Assembly (NCBI GenBank): GCA_963666835.2
Contig: CAXXGO010000003.1
Location: forward strand, 480,001 to 544,000
Length of the DNA: 64,000 nucleotides
Source of the DNA: Phycisphaerae bacterium
GTDB lineage: Bacteria; Planctomycetota; Phycisphaerae; UBA1845
Reading direction: 5' to 3'
The notes below the pieces were generated by a model. It was not told the origin of the DNA. It saw only the letters and a program-made list of their open reading frames with translations, and made no database searches. The translations under genes were made by a program, and so were the position numbers. Positions 1 to 10,218 of the stretch are shown here, piece after piece; the stretch's first letter is position 1; each line of letters begins with the position of its first letter.

Positions 1-509
1 CGCCACTTCGCGTTCGCCGCCTCCAGATCAGGCGGCAACTTCAGAACCCCCGCCTCGGTAAAACCGGCCACCGGCATCGCCTGCTTCCCGAAGTGAGTAC
101 TCCCCGGATAGTAGTGCTCATAGTGCAGCCCCTCCTTGAGACTATTGACCTGCACGTACTCCTCCAACCGAATACCCAGCACCCGCGCAGGCTTCGTGTA
201 AGCGGTCGCCGGAATCCGGAACACCCCATAGCTGTACACCGTTGGAGTAACTAACCTGACCACCTCGGGAAGCTGTCTCTTGACGTATGCTCCGAATTCC
301 TCGTAGTACGGGAACCCCTGCATCGATCCCCCGTCAAGCACAATCTCACTGTGCAGGCCGCGGGAACGAGTCCGAATCGTATCCAGGAACCCCCCCATCA
401 CGCTCAGAACGACAAGGACCATCGCCACGCACAGCGTAACGCTGGCCGTCCCGAAAAGGGCGATCAACTTCGTGTGCAAGTACCGCCAGACGAGGAACCA
501 CTTGTACAT
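1..509 (-). CDS. Lipoprotein-releasing ABC transporter permease LolC/E family, 5' part only (runs off the window edge)
   Basis: Not in the ORF track. Manual translation from ATG at 509 gives MYKWFLVWRYLHTKLIALFGTASVTLCVAMVLVVLSVMGGFLDTIRTR..., open to base 1. This matches the LolC/E N-terminus (RYL...SVTL.V..LVV.SVM.GF) and starts 2 nt after the lysS stop. Confidence 0.8.
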   Translation of the reverse strand, partial: MYKWFLVWRYLHTKLIALFGTASVTLCVAMVLVVLSVMGGFLDTIRTRSRGLHSEIVLDGGSMQGFPYYEEFGAYVKRQLPEVVRLVTPTVYSYGVFRIPATAYTKPARVLGIRLEEYVQVNSLKEGLHYEHYYPGSTHFGKQAMPVAGFTEAGVLKLPPDLEAANAKW

Positions 510-511
510 GG

Positions 512-2158
512 TCAGCCGCTTCCACCGGCAGACGCCGGGGCCGGCGAGCCGGTCAACACCGGTCGCTGCAACGGAAAGAGTATTACATCGCGAATGCTCG
601 GACTGTCAGTCAGCAGCATTACTAACCGGTCGATCCCCACGCCCAATCCGCCGGCCGGAGGCATGCCGTATTCCAACGCCGTAACGAAATCCTCGTCCAT
701 CACGGCCATGGTCTCGTCCCCCTCGCCAGCAACCGTCCGGCGGAGGTTTTCGGCCTGCACGTCCGGGTCGTTCAACTCGGTGTAGGCGTTCCCCAACTCC
801 ATACCTGCTACAAACGCCTCAAACCGCAAGGCAATCGAGAGGTCGTCAGGGTGGCGGCGGGTCAACGGGCAGATCGCCGCAGGGTAGTCGCATACAAAGG
901 TCGGTTGGACCAAGTGGTGCTCGACCGTTGCCTCGAATACGTCATTCACAATCACCGCGTCATCCTTGCCTGCGATGGTGATGCCCAACTCCCCGGCTTT
1001 CCGGTGGACCGCCTCCGAATCGGCGGGGTCCACACCCGCATATTCGCGTAACAGCTCATGGTATTTAACGCGAGGCCACGGCGGCGTGAAATCAAGCACC
1101 TGCCCGTTGAACACGGTCGTCAAGCGTCCGCTGTCCAATCCGGATCGAGCTTCGCGATAAGCCGCCAGATCATTCTCCTCGGCATAAGCTGCGGCCGCAT
1201 CCGCCCGGTCCTCGCCCTCCAGGCGGGCCACCTCGCTCTCGATCTCGGCCACCCGCTGCGGCACGGCCTCTCGACACGAAACTTCGAACGCCGCGGCCAC
1301 CATCTGCTCTACCCGCTCCATCATCACGCGGTAATCGGCGTACGCCTCGTACAGCTCGATCATTGTGAACTCGGGGTTGTGCTTCGTGCTGATCCCCTCA
1401 TTGCGGAAGTTCCGGGCGATCTCGAAGACCCGGTTCATCCCTCCCACCAGAAGGCGCTTCAGATAGAGCTCAGGGCTGATCCGCAAGAACAGATCGAGAT
1501 CCAGAGTGTTGTGATGGGTCGTAAACGGCCTGGCAGCCGCCCCGCCGTATATCGGCTGGAGTGCCGGAGTCTCGACCTCAATGTAGTCTTCATCGATAAG
1601 CCGTTGCCGCACGGCCTGAATAATCGCGCTACGCCGTCTGAACGTCGTCAGAACCCCGGGATTGGTGAACAAATCAACATAACGCCGTCGATACCTCAGG
1701 TCCACATCGACCAGCCCGTGCCATTTCTCCGGCGGCGGCCTCATCGACTTGCACAACAGCTTGATCTGATCAGCCCAGAGCGTCAGCTCGCCGGTCTTGG
1801 TCTTACCGATCACGCCGTCGGCCCCGATGATGTCACCGAGGTCGAGCTTCTTGACGACCTTCCACTGGTCATCCCCCAGGGCGGCTTTGCTCAATCCGAA
1901 CTGCAACGCACCGGTTCCGTCCCGGACCGTCAGAAACGCCAGTTTGCCCATGACTCGGAGCAACGCGATTCGCCCTGCGACCCGGGCGGACCGGTCACTG
2001 CGCTCGCCAGCCTCCAACCCCAGCGGCGCCGCCGCGGCGCGCACGGCGGCGGTGCTAACCACGTTATCGTATCGTTCTCCGTAGGGATCGACTCCCAATT
2101 CCGCAACCGCATCGCGTTTCGTACGACGTTGCGTCCTCAATACGTCTTCTTCACTCAT
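512..2158 (-). CDS. lysS: Lysine--tRNA ligase (class II)
   Basis: OB-fold N-terminus plus class II motifs PPPEKWHGL, YRRRYVDL, GGAAARPF.THHN, LRISPELYLKRL, FRNEGIS..HNPEFT and EYGMPPAGGLGVGIDRL. ATG at 2158 preferred over TTG at 2170. Confidence 0.98.
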   Translation of the reverse strand: MSEEDVLRTQRRTKRDAVAELGVDPYGERYDNVVSTAAVRAAAAPLGLEAGERSDRSARVAGRIALLRVMGKLAFLTVRDGTGALQFGLSKAALGDDQWKVVKKLDLGDIIGADGVIGKTKTGELTLWADQIKLLCKSMRPPPEKWHGLVDVDLRYRRRYVDLFTNPGVLTTFRRRSAIIQAVRQRLIDEDYIEVETPALQPIYGGAAARPFTTHHNTLDLDLFLRISPELYLKRLLVGGMNRVFEIARNFRNEGISTKHNPEFTMIELYEAYADYRVMMERVEQMVAAAFEVSCREAVPQRVAEIESEVARLEGEDRADAAAAYAEENDLAAYREARSGLDSGRLTTVFNGQVLDFTPPWPRVKYHELLREYAGVDPADSEAVHRKAGELGITIAGKDDAVIVNDVFEATVEHHLVQPTFVCDYPAAICPLTRRHPDDLSIALRFEAFVAGMELGNAYTELNDPDVQAENLRRTVAGEGDETMAVMDEDFVTALEYGMPPAGGLGVGIDRLVMLLTDSPSIRDVILFPLQRPVLTGSPAPASAGGSG

Positions 2159-2204
2159 AGGCCGAGCCAACTCTGGTAAGGTAATGCACGACAGTCAAAC
2201 CGCG

Positions 2205-2233
2205 ATCCTACCCGCGCGCGCGCACGCGGGCAA
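2205..2233 (-). promoter_or_regulatory. Putative sigma70 promoter for lysS-lolC/E
   Basis: Minus strand reads TTGCCC-N17-TAGGAT about 50 nt upstream of the lysS start. Confidence 0.45.
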
Positions 2234-2399
2234 ACCGCGCCGAACCACGTTTCAGAGACGCGCGGCATTTACAGCCCACATTACTGTTGCATGGGGCGCT
2301 CTATTGCGGTACGATCCAGGTGGACATCAAACGGCGTGTCCGGGAGAGACGGAGGGACGTTTCGTAGGACTCGCCGGACCAGTTCGGAGGAGGTGAAGC

Positions 2400-4505
2400 G
2401 TGCCGACCATGAGAGTGCTCATCATTCTGTCCGGCTCCTGGCTCTTTGCGGTTTCTGCCCAAGGGCAGACCGTTTGGCATGTAGACGATGACGCCGCTCC
2501 CGGCAGAGCTGGCGGGACCATCGGCGAGTATGAACAAGTCCTGAGCGTTCCGGGCCCGCAATATCCGACGATTCAATCCGCTATCGACGCGGCGGCGGAC
2601 GGGGATACGGTCTTGGTCGCCAGCGGCACCTATTTAGGGGCGGGTAACAAGAACCTGGATTTCGGGGGACGCTTAATCACGGTACGTTGTGACGGGCTTG
2701 CGGGAAGCTGCATTATTGACTGCGAGAACTTGGGGCGTGGCTTCGAATTCCGCAACGACGAGCCGGATGACTCCGTTGTGGATGGTTTCACGATCACGCG
2801 CGGCGACGCTTATGATGGCGGTGGGATGTACATATTGGATAGCAGTCCTACCGTAGTCAACTGTACGTTCACCGGGAATGCGGCGCACAACGGTGGGGGT
2901 GTATTAAGCGAGAGTCACTCGTCGAACTCCGGACCACATATAAGAGACTGCGTTTTCAACGCGAACCACGCAGATCTGCACGGCGGAGGCGGCTTCTATC
3001 AGCAAGGTGAGGGGTCTTCCACGCTGACCGACTGTCTATTCGAAAACAACACCGCAGACGGGTACGGCGGGGGTGCCTACGTGGGCGCCGGCGCCGTTGT
3101 GGATGAATGCGAGTTCAAGAATAACCGCGCGGACGATGGCGGAGGGCTAGCCAGCAGTGGTGATAACCTCGTGACAGATTGCGTGTTTCGCGACAACGTC
3201 GCCGTTGACGACGGCGGGGCGATCCGCAACTTCGACTCCGGGACGATAGCGGATTGTACGTTCCTATCCAACAGTGCCGGCGACGAGGGCGGGGCGATCT
3301 CCAACTCCAGATCCCCGACGATAACGAACTGCACGTTTCGCTACAATTCCGCGAATGACGGCGGCGCTGTGTTCAATAATGTTGAGACCGCTCCACTGAT
3401 TGCCGGTTGCACGTTCACGTCGAACTACGGACGCGATGGCGGCGCGATGCATAACCGGACCAGCAGAGTCAAAGTCATCAACAGCATATTCACCGCGAAC
3501 ACCGGGACGGGTAGCGTGATGTACAACCGGCAGGGCGCGACGCCGCTGTGCGTGAATTGCACGTTCTCGGGGAACATGAATCAAGCGGTACACAGCCGCC
3601 AAGAGAGCATCGCCACATTCGTCAACAGCGTGTTCTGGGGCAACGCGGGAGACCTCTTCAGCGGAACGGATGAACCGGCGGTCTCGTACAGTAACGTCGA
3701 AGGCGGCCACGCCGGAATAGGCAACATCTCCGTGGATCCGATGTTCGAGGATTCGAGTCTACGGCTTTCGCACTTTTCGCCGTGCATAGATGCCGGGAGC
3801 AACGCGGCCGTCTTGCTCGACACGATCGACGTGGACGGCGATGGAGATACCGGCGAATCGTGGCCTTGGGATATGGATCGAGATGTGCGGTTCGTGGACC
3901 ATCTTGGTATCGCCGATACGGGTGCAGGTACGGCTCCGATCGTCGATATGGGTGCATACGAAGTGCAATACTGCATCGAGGACGGCCAGTGCGAGGACGG
4001 GGATACATGCACTGGTACTGAGACGTGCGGCGATGACGGCGTATGCATCCACTGGCTGTCGGCGGATTGCAATAACAACGGTCTGGAGGACGATTGCGAT
4101 CTGGCGGAGAACACCAGCCGGGACTGCAACGAGAATCTCGTTCCCGATGAATGCGACATTGCCGACGGCGGGAGCGGCGACTGCAACGAAAACGGGGTAC
4201 CGGATGAATGTGACGCCGATTGCGACGAAGACGGGCTACCGGACGAGTGCGAAATCGTCGGCGGAGGCAGCGAGGACTGCAACGGCAATTGGGTGCCGGA
4301 TGAGTGCGAGGCGGACTCGGATGGCGACAACGTGATCGACGCCTGCGACGAATGCCCGGGGGTTGACGATGCGGACTTCGGGGCGGAGTGCGTAGGCGCT
4401 ATTCCGACGGTGTCAGAGTGGGGCATCGCCGTGTTGGCCTTGCTGTTGCTGGCCGCCGGTAAGATCGCGTTTAATCGGCGGATCGGACGAGGCACGCCGG
4501 TCTAA
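2400..4505 (+). CDS. Secreted right-handed parallel beta-helix protein with Cys/Asp-rich DCN repeats and a C-terminal IPTL-CTERM sorting signal
   Basis: Signal peptide, YPTIQSAIDAA..GDTVLV..GTY, repeated GGA/C.F..N.A helix turns, SPCIDAG...VDMGAYE (choice-of-anchor-like), DCN.NG.PDEC repeats and terminal AIPTVSEWGIAVLALLLLAAG..RR. GGAGG RBS upstream; start may be ATG 2409. Confidence 0.85.
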   Translation: MPTMRVLIILSGSWLFAVSAQGQTVWHVDDDAAPGRAGGTIGEYEQVLSVPGPQYPTIQSAIDAAADGDTVLVASGTYLGAGNKNLDFGGRLITVRCDGLAGSCIIDCENLGRGFEFRNDEPDDSVVDGFTITRGDAYDGGGMYILDSSPTVVNCTFTGNAAHNGGGVLSESHSSNSGPHIRDCVFNANHADLHGGGGFYQQGEGSSTLTDCLFENNTADGYGGGAYVGAGAVVDECEFKNNRADDGGGLASSGDNLVTDCVFRDNVAVDDGGAIRNFDSGTIADCTFLSNSAGDEGGAISNSRSPTITNCTFRYNSANDGGAVFNNVETAPLIAGCTFTSNYGRDGGAMHNRTSRVKVINSIFTANTGTGSVMYNRQGATPLCVNCTFSGNMNQAVHSRQESIATFVNSVFWGNAGDLFSGTDEPAVSYSNVEGGHAGIGNISVDPMFEDSSLRLSHFSPCIDAGSNAAVLLDTIDVDGDGDTGESWPWDMDRDVRFVDHLGIADTGAGTAPIVDMGAYEVQYCIEDGQCEDGDTCTGTETCGDDGVCIHWLSADCNNNGLEDDCDLAENTSRDCNENLVPDECDIADGGSGDCNENGVPDECDADCDEDGLPDECEIVGGGSEDCNGNWVPDECEADSDGDNVIDACDECPGVDDADFGAECVGAIPTVSEWGIAVLALLLLAAGKIAFNRRIGRGTPV

Positions 4506-5407
4506 AACCTGGCAGTGATCGGCAACATAAAGTCGGGCCCGTGATCGGGAAACTCGCCGCGGGCCATGAGCAGACTATCGCCATCGACTATGTGAGGCTC
4601 AGCGGTCAGCGAGGCCTCGAGCCGGTCGGGCGTGAAGTAGACCTCGACGTGCGTGGGCGAGGGGTCGATGCGGTCGATCAGCGCCTGTAGTGTCGGCATT
4701 CTCGTGGCAACCACGTCTTGAATACGGAGGGTCGAACCGACGATCTTGAAGCACAAGATCGCATCGAGATCCTCGGCGTACCACATCGGCTCCTTTGCCT
4801 GAGTGAACAGGAACACGCCGTGCTCCCGGACGACGCCAAGTTGGCGGGACACCGCGGCGCGCTGGTCCAGCAACCGGTGGAGGAGGCGCAGGTCGCTCGG
4901 TTTTCCGAGATCAAGCTGTCGTAGCCTGGGCCCGTCCGGCGTGTTCTCCGATCGCGTCACGGGAGCTACGAACCGGCTCTCCCTCACCAGCCGGAACCCG
5001 AAAGGCTCGTACAGCTCGGATCTCTCCGCAATCAGCAGAGCCGTCGCGTATCGTTCATCGCACCACGCCAACGCCTCCCCCATCGCTGCCCGGAAGAGCC
5101 CGCGACGGCGGTAGTCCGGGTGAGTGCAGACGGCATGCAAACCGCCCACCAGCCTCTCACGTCCGTCCAAGATCATCGGTACTTCGAGTACGCCGACATG
5201 CGCCAGAGGCCGGGCACCGTCGGTCACCAGGAATGGCGTCGAGACCTTATCCCACCGCAAGCCGAGCGGCTCGAGCGCGCGGGCGTGCGCTGACAGGTCC
5301 CTGAAAGCGTGATCGAGCAGCGAAAAGACCCGCTCCAGCAATCCGGGTTCATCCGCGTAGTTGTGGCGACCGAACCTGTGAGCCATCTCCGACCACCCGA
5401 CGCGCAT
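4502..5407 (-). CDS. GNAT family N-acetyltransferase
   Basis: Acetyl-CoA motif AVCTHPDYRRRGLF and LYEPFGF. Start may be the downstream MAHRF. Confidence 0.85.
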   Translation of the reverse strand: MRVGWSEMAHRFGRHNYADEPGLLERVFSLLDHAFRDLSAHARALEPLGLRWDKVSTPFLVTDGARPLAHVGVLEVPMILDGRERLVGGLHAVCTHPDYRRRGLFRAAMGEALAWCDERYATALLIAERSELYEPFGFRLVRESRFVAPVTRSENTPDGPRLRQLDLGKPSDLRLLHRLLDQRAAVSRQLGVVREHGVFLFTQAKEPMWYAEDLDAILCFKIVGSTLRIQDVVATRMPTLQALIDRIDPSPTHVEVYFTPDRLEASLTAEPHIVDGDSLLMARGEFPDHGPDFMLPITARF

Positions 5408-5471
5408 CTTCTACGAAGGGAATCGCGCGGACCTAGCACCGCCCTCCACCTTCTACGATCGAGGCGATGTC

Positions 5472-7757
5472 CTACTCGTTGCTGTAGCTGCGAATGATCT
5501 CGCTGGCTTGGTTGCTGCGCAGATTCACGGCTCCGAGCGCCTGGCTGGCTCCGGTACGAACCGTCAAGTCCGCCTCATCCCGAGCAGCTTGCACGAGCCC
5601 CGTAACCTGCTCACTCTCCAGCAGACTGCCGTGACGCTTGGCCGACTCCGCCAGAGAGTCAAAGGCCGAGATCCGCAGCTCGGCATCGTTGGACGACTCC
5701 AACGCCATGCGAGCGATCGCCTGCTGGGCACTCGGGGTCGGTACGCTGGCCAGCACGACCGCAGCGGACGTGCGCATCTTGTCATCAGGCGACTGCAGCG
5801 CGGCCACCAAGGCCGGCTCCGCAATGCGCACATCGAACACCGTCCGTCCGTCGGTCGCGATCCGCCCCAGCGTCTCGACCGCTTCCAGCGCCAGCGACAA
5901 CGCGAAGTCGTCATCGAAAGCCGTCTGCTGAGCCCGCTCGAAGACCCTGGTCAAAGCGGCCGTGATGGCCGCCCCATCCGCATCGGCGTCAACCGATCCG
6001 ACACAATCGTCTCGGCTCACCAGATCCTCAGCGAGAAGCGCCTCCGACGAATCAGTCAGCAAGATCACCGGAGTCCGTGCGTACGTGAACTCCGAACGAA
6101 GTTGCGCAAGAGCCGCCGCCGCCCCAGGGCTCGCAACCCCAGTCGAAAGCACCACCGCCCGCAAGGAAGGGAACTCCTGTCGGGCTCGGGCGAGCCCCCG
6201 GGCAAAATCCCGCTCACCGATCACGGCTCTGCCACCGGCCCGAAGAGCGTCCATAACCCGATTGAGGTTGGCCTGGTCCTCATCAACCACCAAAACCTGC
6301 TCATCACCCGTGAGGGCAACCGCCTCGGCCAACACCGGGACGACATACTGCGCGCCGGCAAACGGAGATTGGGGCAACGCCGCTCCTAAAGCCAGCGCCG
6401 CGCGAATCCGCACGATCAAGTCCGGGAAACGCATCGCCTGCACCAACGGCTGCTTGAGATCCTCAGCACCGATGAGTGACTGCGGCCCTGCCGTAACCCG
6501 CAACGCTTCGATCGCTCCCAGAGCCGTGGCGGCGTCGAGGTCTTTCGCCGCCCGACCAAGGACCATGTGTGCATAATGAGCCCCGGCCGCTTGCGTGAAA
6601 TACAACGCCCGAGGGAACGCATCCGGGCGAGTCGCGTCCGGATCACCTGCCTCGTCGGGGTCGCCGCTTTCGGTGTTCATCCCGAGCCGGCTCTCCCGGC
6701 GGATGTTAGCCGCCAGCCACAGAGCAATCGCATCAGCGTGATCGGCCTGCAGGTTCAGTACTCTCTCGCAACAACGCATCGCCATCACCGAACCGAAGAT
6801 CTGCTGGGGTACGACCACCGCCGATAGGGCCTGATTCACCTCGTCCCAATACCAGACATTCGCATTAGGCAATCTCGGATCGGCTCGAACGACATCGTTC
6901 TCGTCGAAGTAGCTCTCCCCAAGAGCAAACATCGCGCCGGCGGCGTCGGTTGGTACCGAACGTCCCGTTAGGGCTGCGATGCGGTCTACAGCCTCCTGAG
7001 CAGCGCGCTTTGTCTCCGCGGGCATCCGATCGTCACCGGCCAGCGCGAGCAGGTGCGGCACGGCATGCGGATATCCGATCTCCCCGAGAGCTTTAACCAA
7101 GTGCAGCCGCACATCATCGTCCCTAATCGCCAAAGCGGTCGCCAGCGGGGTCACTGCCGGTTTGCCCATCTTTCCGAGAGCGGTGATTACACGAGGCCAT
7201 AACTCAGCCTTGTTCGTGTCCAAGAGCGTATCGATCATCGGTGCGATCGCATACTCTCCGGCATCCGCGAGATGTCGCGTGCCGAAGTACTCCTGTTGCG
7301 GACCCTTCCCTAAGTTCTCAATGTTCGCCCGAATCCGCCCGGGATCTTGTCGCTTCTCGTGTTCCCCCCGCTCGATCAGGTCCAACACTCGGGAAGCGCC
7401 TTCGCCAATCGAGGACTTTTCTACCAGGATCAGCAGGGTATCGATGCTCTTGCTGTCCCGTTCCGCCAACTCAACGATCTCGACCGGATCCAGTTGGGGG
7501 TGGGCAAGCAGAGCGTCTGCGAACGCCTCGGCCGCCTTGAATCGCCCCATCCGGGCATAGTGAAGAAAATCACCGAACAGCGTTTCCACGGTTGCGTCAG
7601 CCGGGATATCAACCGCAGCTCCGCCCCGGCCGTCCACCTGAGCCGCACTCGGCTGAACGAACGACATCGCGCCAATGATAGCTACCAACACGAAGCGGCC
7701 GAGATTTCGTCGGCTACCCAGGCAACGTACAGTCACAGTCATCGATTCCTCCCGCAT
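5472..7757 (-). CDS. Secreted HEAT-repeat protein with an internal receiver-like segment
   Basis: Signal peptide ending SAAQ, repeated VR..A..ALG.IG HEAT units, and a VLVVDED...PVILLT segment resembling a degenerate REC fold. Confidence 0.75.
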   Translation of the reverse strand: MREESMTVTVRCLGSRRNLGRFVLVAIIGAMSFVQPSAAQVDGRGGAAVDIPADATVETLFGDFLHYARMGRFKAAEAFADALLAHPQLDPVEIVELAERDSKSIDTLLILVEKSSIGEGASRVLDLIERGEHEKRQDPGRIRANIENLGKGPQQEYFGTRHLADAGEYAIAPMIDTLLDTNKAELWPRVITALGKMGKPAVTPLATALAIRDDDVRLHLVKALGEIGYPHAVPHLLALAGDDRMPAETKRAAQEAVDRIAALTGRSVPTDAAGAMFALGESYFDENDVVRADPRLPNANVWYWDEVNQALSAVVVPQQIFGSVMAMRCCERVLNLQADHADAIALWLAANIRRESRLGMNTESGDPDEAGDPDATRPDAFPRALYFTQAAGAHYAHMVLGRAAKDLDAATALGAIEALRVTAGPQSLIGAEDLKQPLVQAMRFPDLIVRIRAALALGAALPQSPFAGAQYVVPVLAEAVALTGDEQVLVVDEDQANLNRVMDALRAGGRAVIGERDFARGLARARQEFPSLRAVVLSTGVASPGAAAALAQLRSEFTYARTPVILLTDSSEALLAEDLVSRDDCVGSVDADADGAAITAALTRVFERAQQTAFDDDFALSLALEAVETLGRIATDGRTVFDVRIAEPALVAALQSPDDKMRTSAAVVLASVPTPSAQQAIARMALESSNDAELRISAFDSLAESAKRHGSLLESEQVTGLVQAARDEADLTVRTGASQALGAVNLRSNQASEIIRSYSNE

Positions 7758-7939
7758 GACGAGGATGTCGGAAAAACCTCCCGAACGGGATCAGCCTCAA
7801 CGCCGAGAGCCGCCCCATCACGTCGTCCCCCAATCAACCACAAGGCGAGCCGCGGCACCTGCAGGGCCGGGGAACCCGCCTGGCGCGCTACCGGGTGTCC
7901 GCCCAAGACCGGCGACAATACCCCCTGATAGCGGAGGTC

Positions 7940-7967
7940 AGTATAGGGAACAGGTGCCGTGCGTCAA
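7940..7967 (-). promoter_or_regulatory. Putative sigma70 promoter for the HEAT-repeat gene
   Basis: Minus strand reads TTGACG-N16-TATACT. Confidence 0.5.
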
Positions 7968-8442
7968 CGCAGATCCACGTGTTCCACCCTCGGCCGAACG
8001 CCTTCCGGACGGTAGCCGGGACAGAGCAGCACCCGACCGTTTGGCCACCCGCGACCGCAAGGTAAGAGCCCACAGATTCCGAACAGCCGTCAAATGTTCT
8101 GTAGGATCGCCACACTCCCCGCAGCAGTTACGCCGAGGAGACCGGTCTGAACGAGAATGAGGAAGTCGTTAAACGTGCATCCCCCAGCCTGCAACAGAAT
8201 CGCTCCAGCCGCCAGAACCTGCAATGTCCGCCTGCCGCAGAGTCTCCTCATCAATATTCTCCAGTATCACAGGGGTTTACATGCGCCGCAGCCCGGCCAC
8301 TTCGCCGCCGCTGCCAATGTTTATCGGTCCGGCAGTGTAACGGTGCGGTTCTGAGCGTCAATCGCGCGACCGTTGGCCCAACGCCTCGCCTGCGTTGGAG
8401 CCGATACGCACATGACGGTATCCTTGCACGCGACCGTGTCCT

Positions 8443-9147
8443 TTGGATGGGATTATATTGGGACCCAATCAGAGTATGCCGTACGGGTTTGGAACGGTCT
8501 CGCAGACCCTGTGGGCCCGCGGGGGCAAGCGCGCTTTCGACTGCATCGTTGCTGGCCTGATCCTGCTCCTGGTCTCTCCGGTGCTGGGAATGGCGATCAT
8601 CCTGGTTCGGGTGACCAGCCCGGGACCGGCGTTCTTTGTCCAGGACCGCTCCGGACGTCACGGTAACATCTTCCGGCTCTACAAGCTCCGAACGATGCGC
8701 GGGAATCGCAAGCCGGATCCGAAGGAGCTGGTCCCCCTCGACCATCCCGAGATAACCCCACTGGGGCGGGTGCTCCGGCGATCGAAGATCGACGAGCTGC
8801 CCCAGTTAATCAACGTGCTCAAAGGCGAGATGTCCCTCATCGGCCCGCGGCCGACTCTTCCAGACCAAGTCGAGGCGTATGACGACTTCCGCCGTCAACG
8901 CACCGTGGTCAGGCCGGGGATTACAGGATTGGCCCAGGTCCGCGGGGGAACCGCCCTTTCCTGGGATGAACGGATCCTCTACGACATCGCTTATGTCCGA
9001 CGGTGCAGCCTGGGCTTGGACTTGCGAATACTCAGTTGGACGCTTCTGGTAGTTGTGGTCGGCGAGGCCTTGACCACGCGACGTTTCGCCGACAGCCCCT
9101 TCGCCAAGTACGTCGACGTCCCGGAGGGCTACTCAACGGCCGATTAG
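8443..9147 (+). CDS. Bacterial sugar transferase (priming polyprenyl-phosphate glycosylphosphotransferase)
   Basis: KRAFD, F.Q.R.G..G..F.LYKLRTM, LRRSKIDELPQL.NVLKGEMSLIGPRP and RPGITGLAQV. Confidence 0.93.
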   Translation: MDGIILGPNQSMPYGFGTVSQTLWARGGKRAFDCIVAGLILLLVSPVLGMAIILVRVTSPGPAFFVQDRSGRHGNIFRLYKLRTMRGNRKPDPKELVPLDHPEITPLGRVLRRSKIDELPQLINVLKGEMSLIGPRPTLPDQVEAYDDFRRQRTVVRPGITGLAQVRGGTALSWDERILYDIAYVRRCSLGLDLRILSWTLLVVVVGEALTTRRFADSPFAKYVDVPEGYSTAD

Positions 9148-9437
9148 TAGACCATCACCACAACATAGCAGCTAGCCGGCGTCTTCCGTCGGATAGTTGT
9201 TCCGCTTGGAAGGTCGGTTGCTGTCAGGGAATGGTATGAGCCGGCGTGCGGCCACAACGTCAGTTACCACCACACACTGGCGCAGGCCTGCACGATCACG
9301 GTACCCTTAGCCCGCCCTGCAGTATTACTGCAAGCCCAAGGGGCCAAAAAAACACTGAGCCAGTAGCCGAGAAACCGTATACTTGCGTTTGACAGATCAG
9401 CACTTGGCGCTGCTTCGCGGTGTCCAGATATTAACCC

Positions 9438-9470
9438 CTGGCGGTTGTGCGCCACCGCCAGTTTCTTTAT
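9438..9470 (+). terminator. Intrinsic terminator-like hairpin
   Basis: CTGGCGGT-N8-ACCGCCAG stem followed by TTTCTTTAT. Confidence 0.45.
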
Positions 9471-9481
9471 GTTCGCCGCCA

Positions 9482-9560
9482 ATGGACCGTGTGTGCATCT
9501 TCATTGGCGGCAGTAACTTCTACCATACCCTGAAGGGAGCCGAGCTCAGAGGACCGGACG
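9482..9560 (+). pseudogene. N-terminal remnant of a NYN/LabA-DUF88 domain gene
   Basis: ATG 9482 reads MDRVCIFIGGSNFYHTLK, resembling the NYN start RVAIFIDGSNFYH with the catalytic Asp changed to Gly. Similarity is lost after about 25 codons. Confidence 0.5.
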
Positions 9561-9758
9561 GTGCTCGCAACTGGAGTGGTCGGCGCGGGAGCCTTCATCC
9601 TCAAGGTTGTGTACGAATGTGCAACTGCAGGGATCGTCTTTGTTCAATCTGAGTCTGTGTCTTCACCAGTTCCCCTGGCACAGAATGCTGGAAGCGTGAT
9701 CGGTACGGCTATCGCGATAATGGAGCAGACAACTGAAGTGAAGATCATCAGGCACTGA
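9561..9758 (+). pseudogene. Possible C-terminal remnant of a rhomboid/rhombosortase-like gene
   Basis: FILKVVYECATAGIVFVQS...PVPLAQNAGSVIG resembles the rhombosortase K..YE...G...F......PVP.AH..G...G tail, with the catalytic His absent. Confidence 0.3.
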
Positions 9759-10081
9759 GTAAGCAGGCGTCGATGTCGGAGTCGTTGCGAATGGTCCTGA
9801 CGCCAGGAGGTTGACACCCCGGCCGGGCCGGCGAGTCGAACACGCCCATCTCCCCAGAGGGCGTGAATCGACCGCTAGACCCGGGCGGGGTGCCGTTCGA
9901 GGGAACATTGCATTCCTGGTCTCACCCCGGAATACGCTCCCCCCATTCCTCCCCTCCCGGTCTCAGTCTCCGGTTCGCTCTTGTTTGTCGCACATATCGT
10001 GCCAACGTACCCAACTAGCGGAACATCTCCCGAAAAATCGGCGCAAAGGGTTATCCCACAAGCTCTTACGTTCATAGCAAC

Positions 10082-10125
10082 GTGATAGTCACCGTACGCC
10101 GGAAGCACCCGAGATGGGGACATCA
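10082..10125 (+). mobile_element. Possible tiny transposase remnant (IS481/IS3-like)
   Basis: Peptide IVTVRRKHPRWG resembles the I..LR..HP.WG motif of IS481-type transposases. No further domain or inverted repeats seen. Confidence 0.25.
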
Positions 10126-10218
10126 GCCCGATATTCGGCCACGTTGGGCATGCGTGCCCAATGCCAGGGCAGAGGGTTGCTCGCCCAGCGGATCCACGCT
10201 GGGGAAACCGGATAGGGG

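Noticed and set aside
7760..8440. ncRNA or small genes in the 680-bp divergent gap
   Set aside because: The ORFs are Arg/Pro-rich noise and no known RNA motif was recognised. Only a promoter-like element is supportable.
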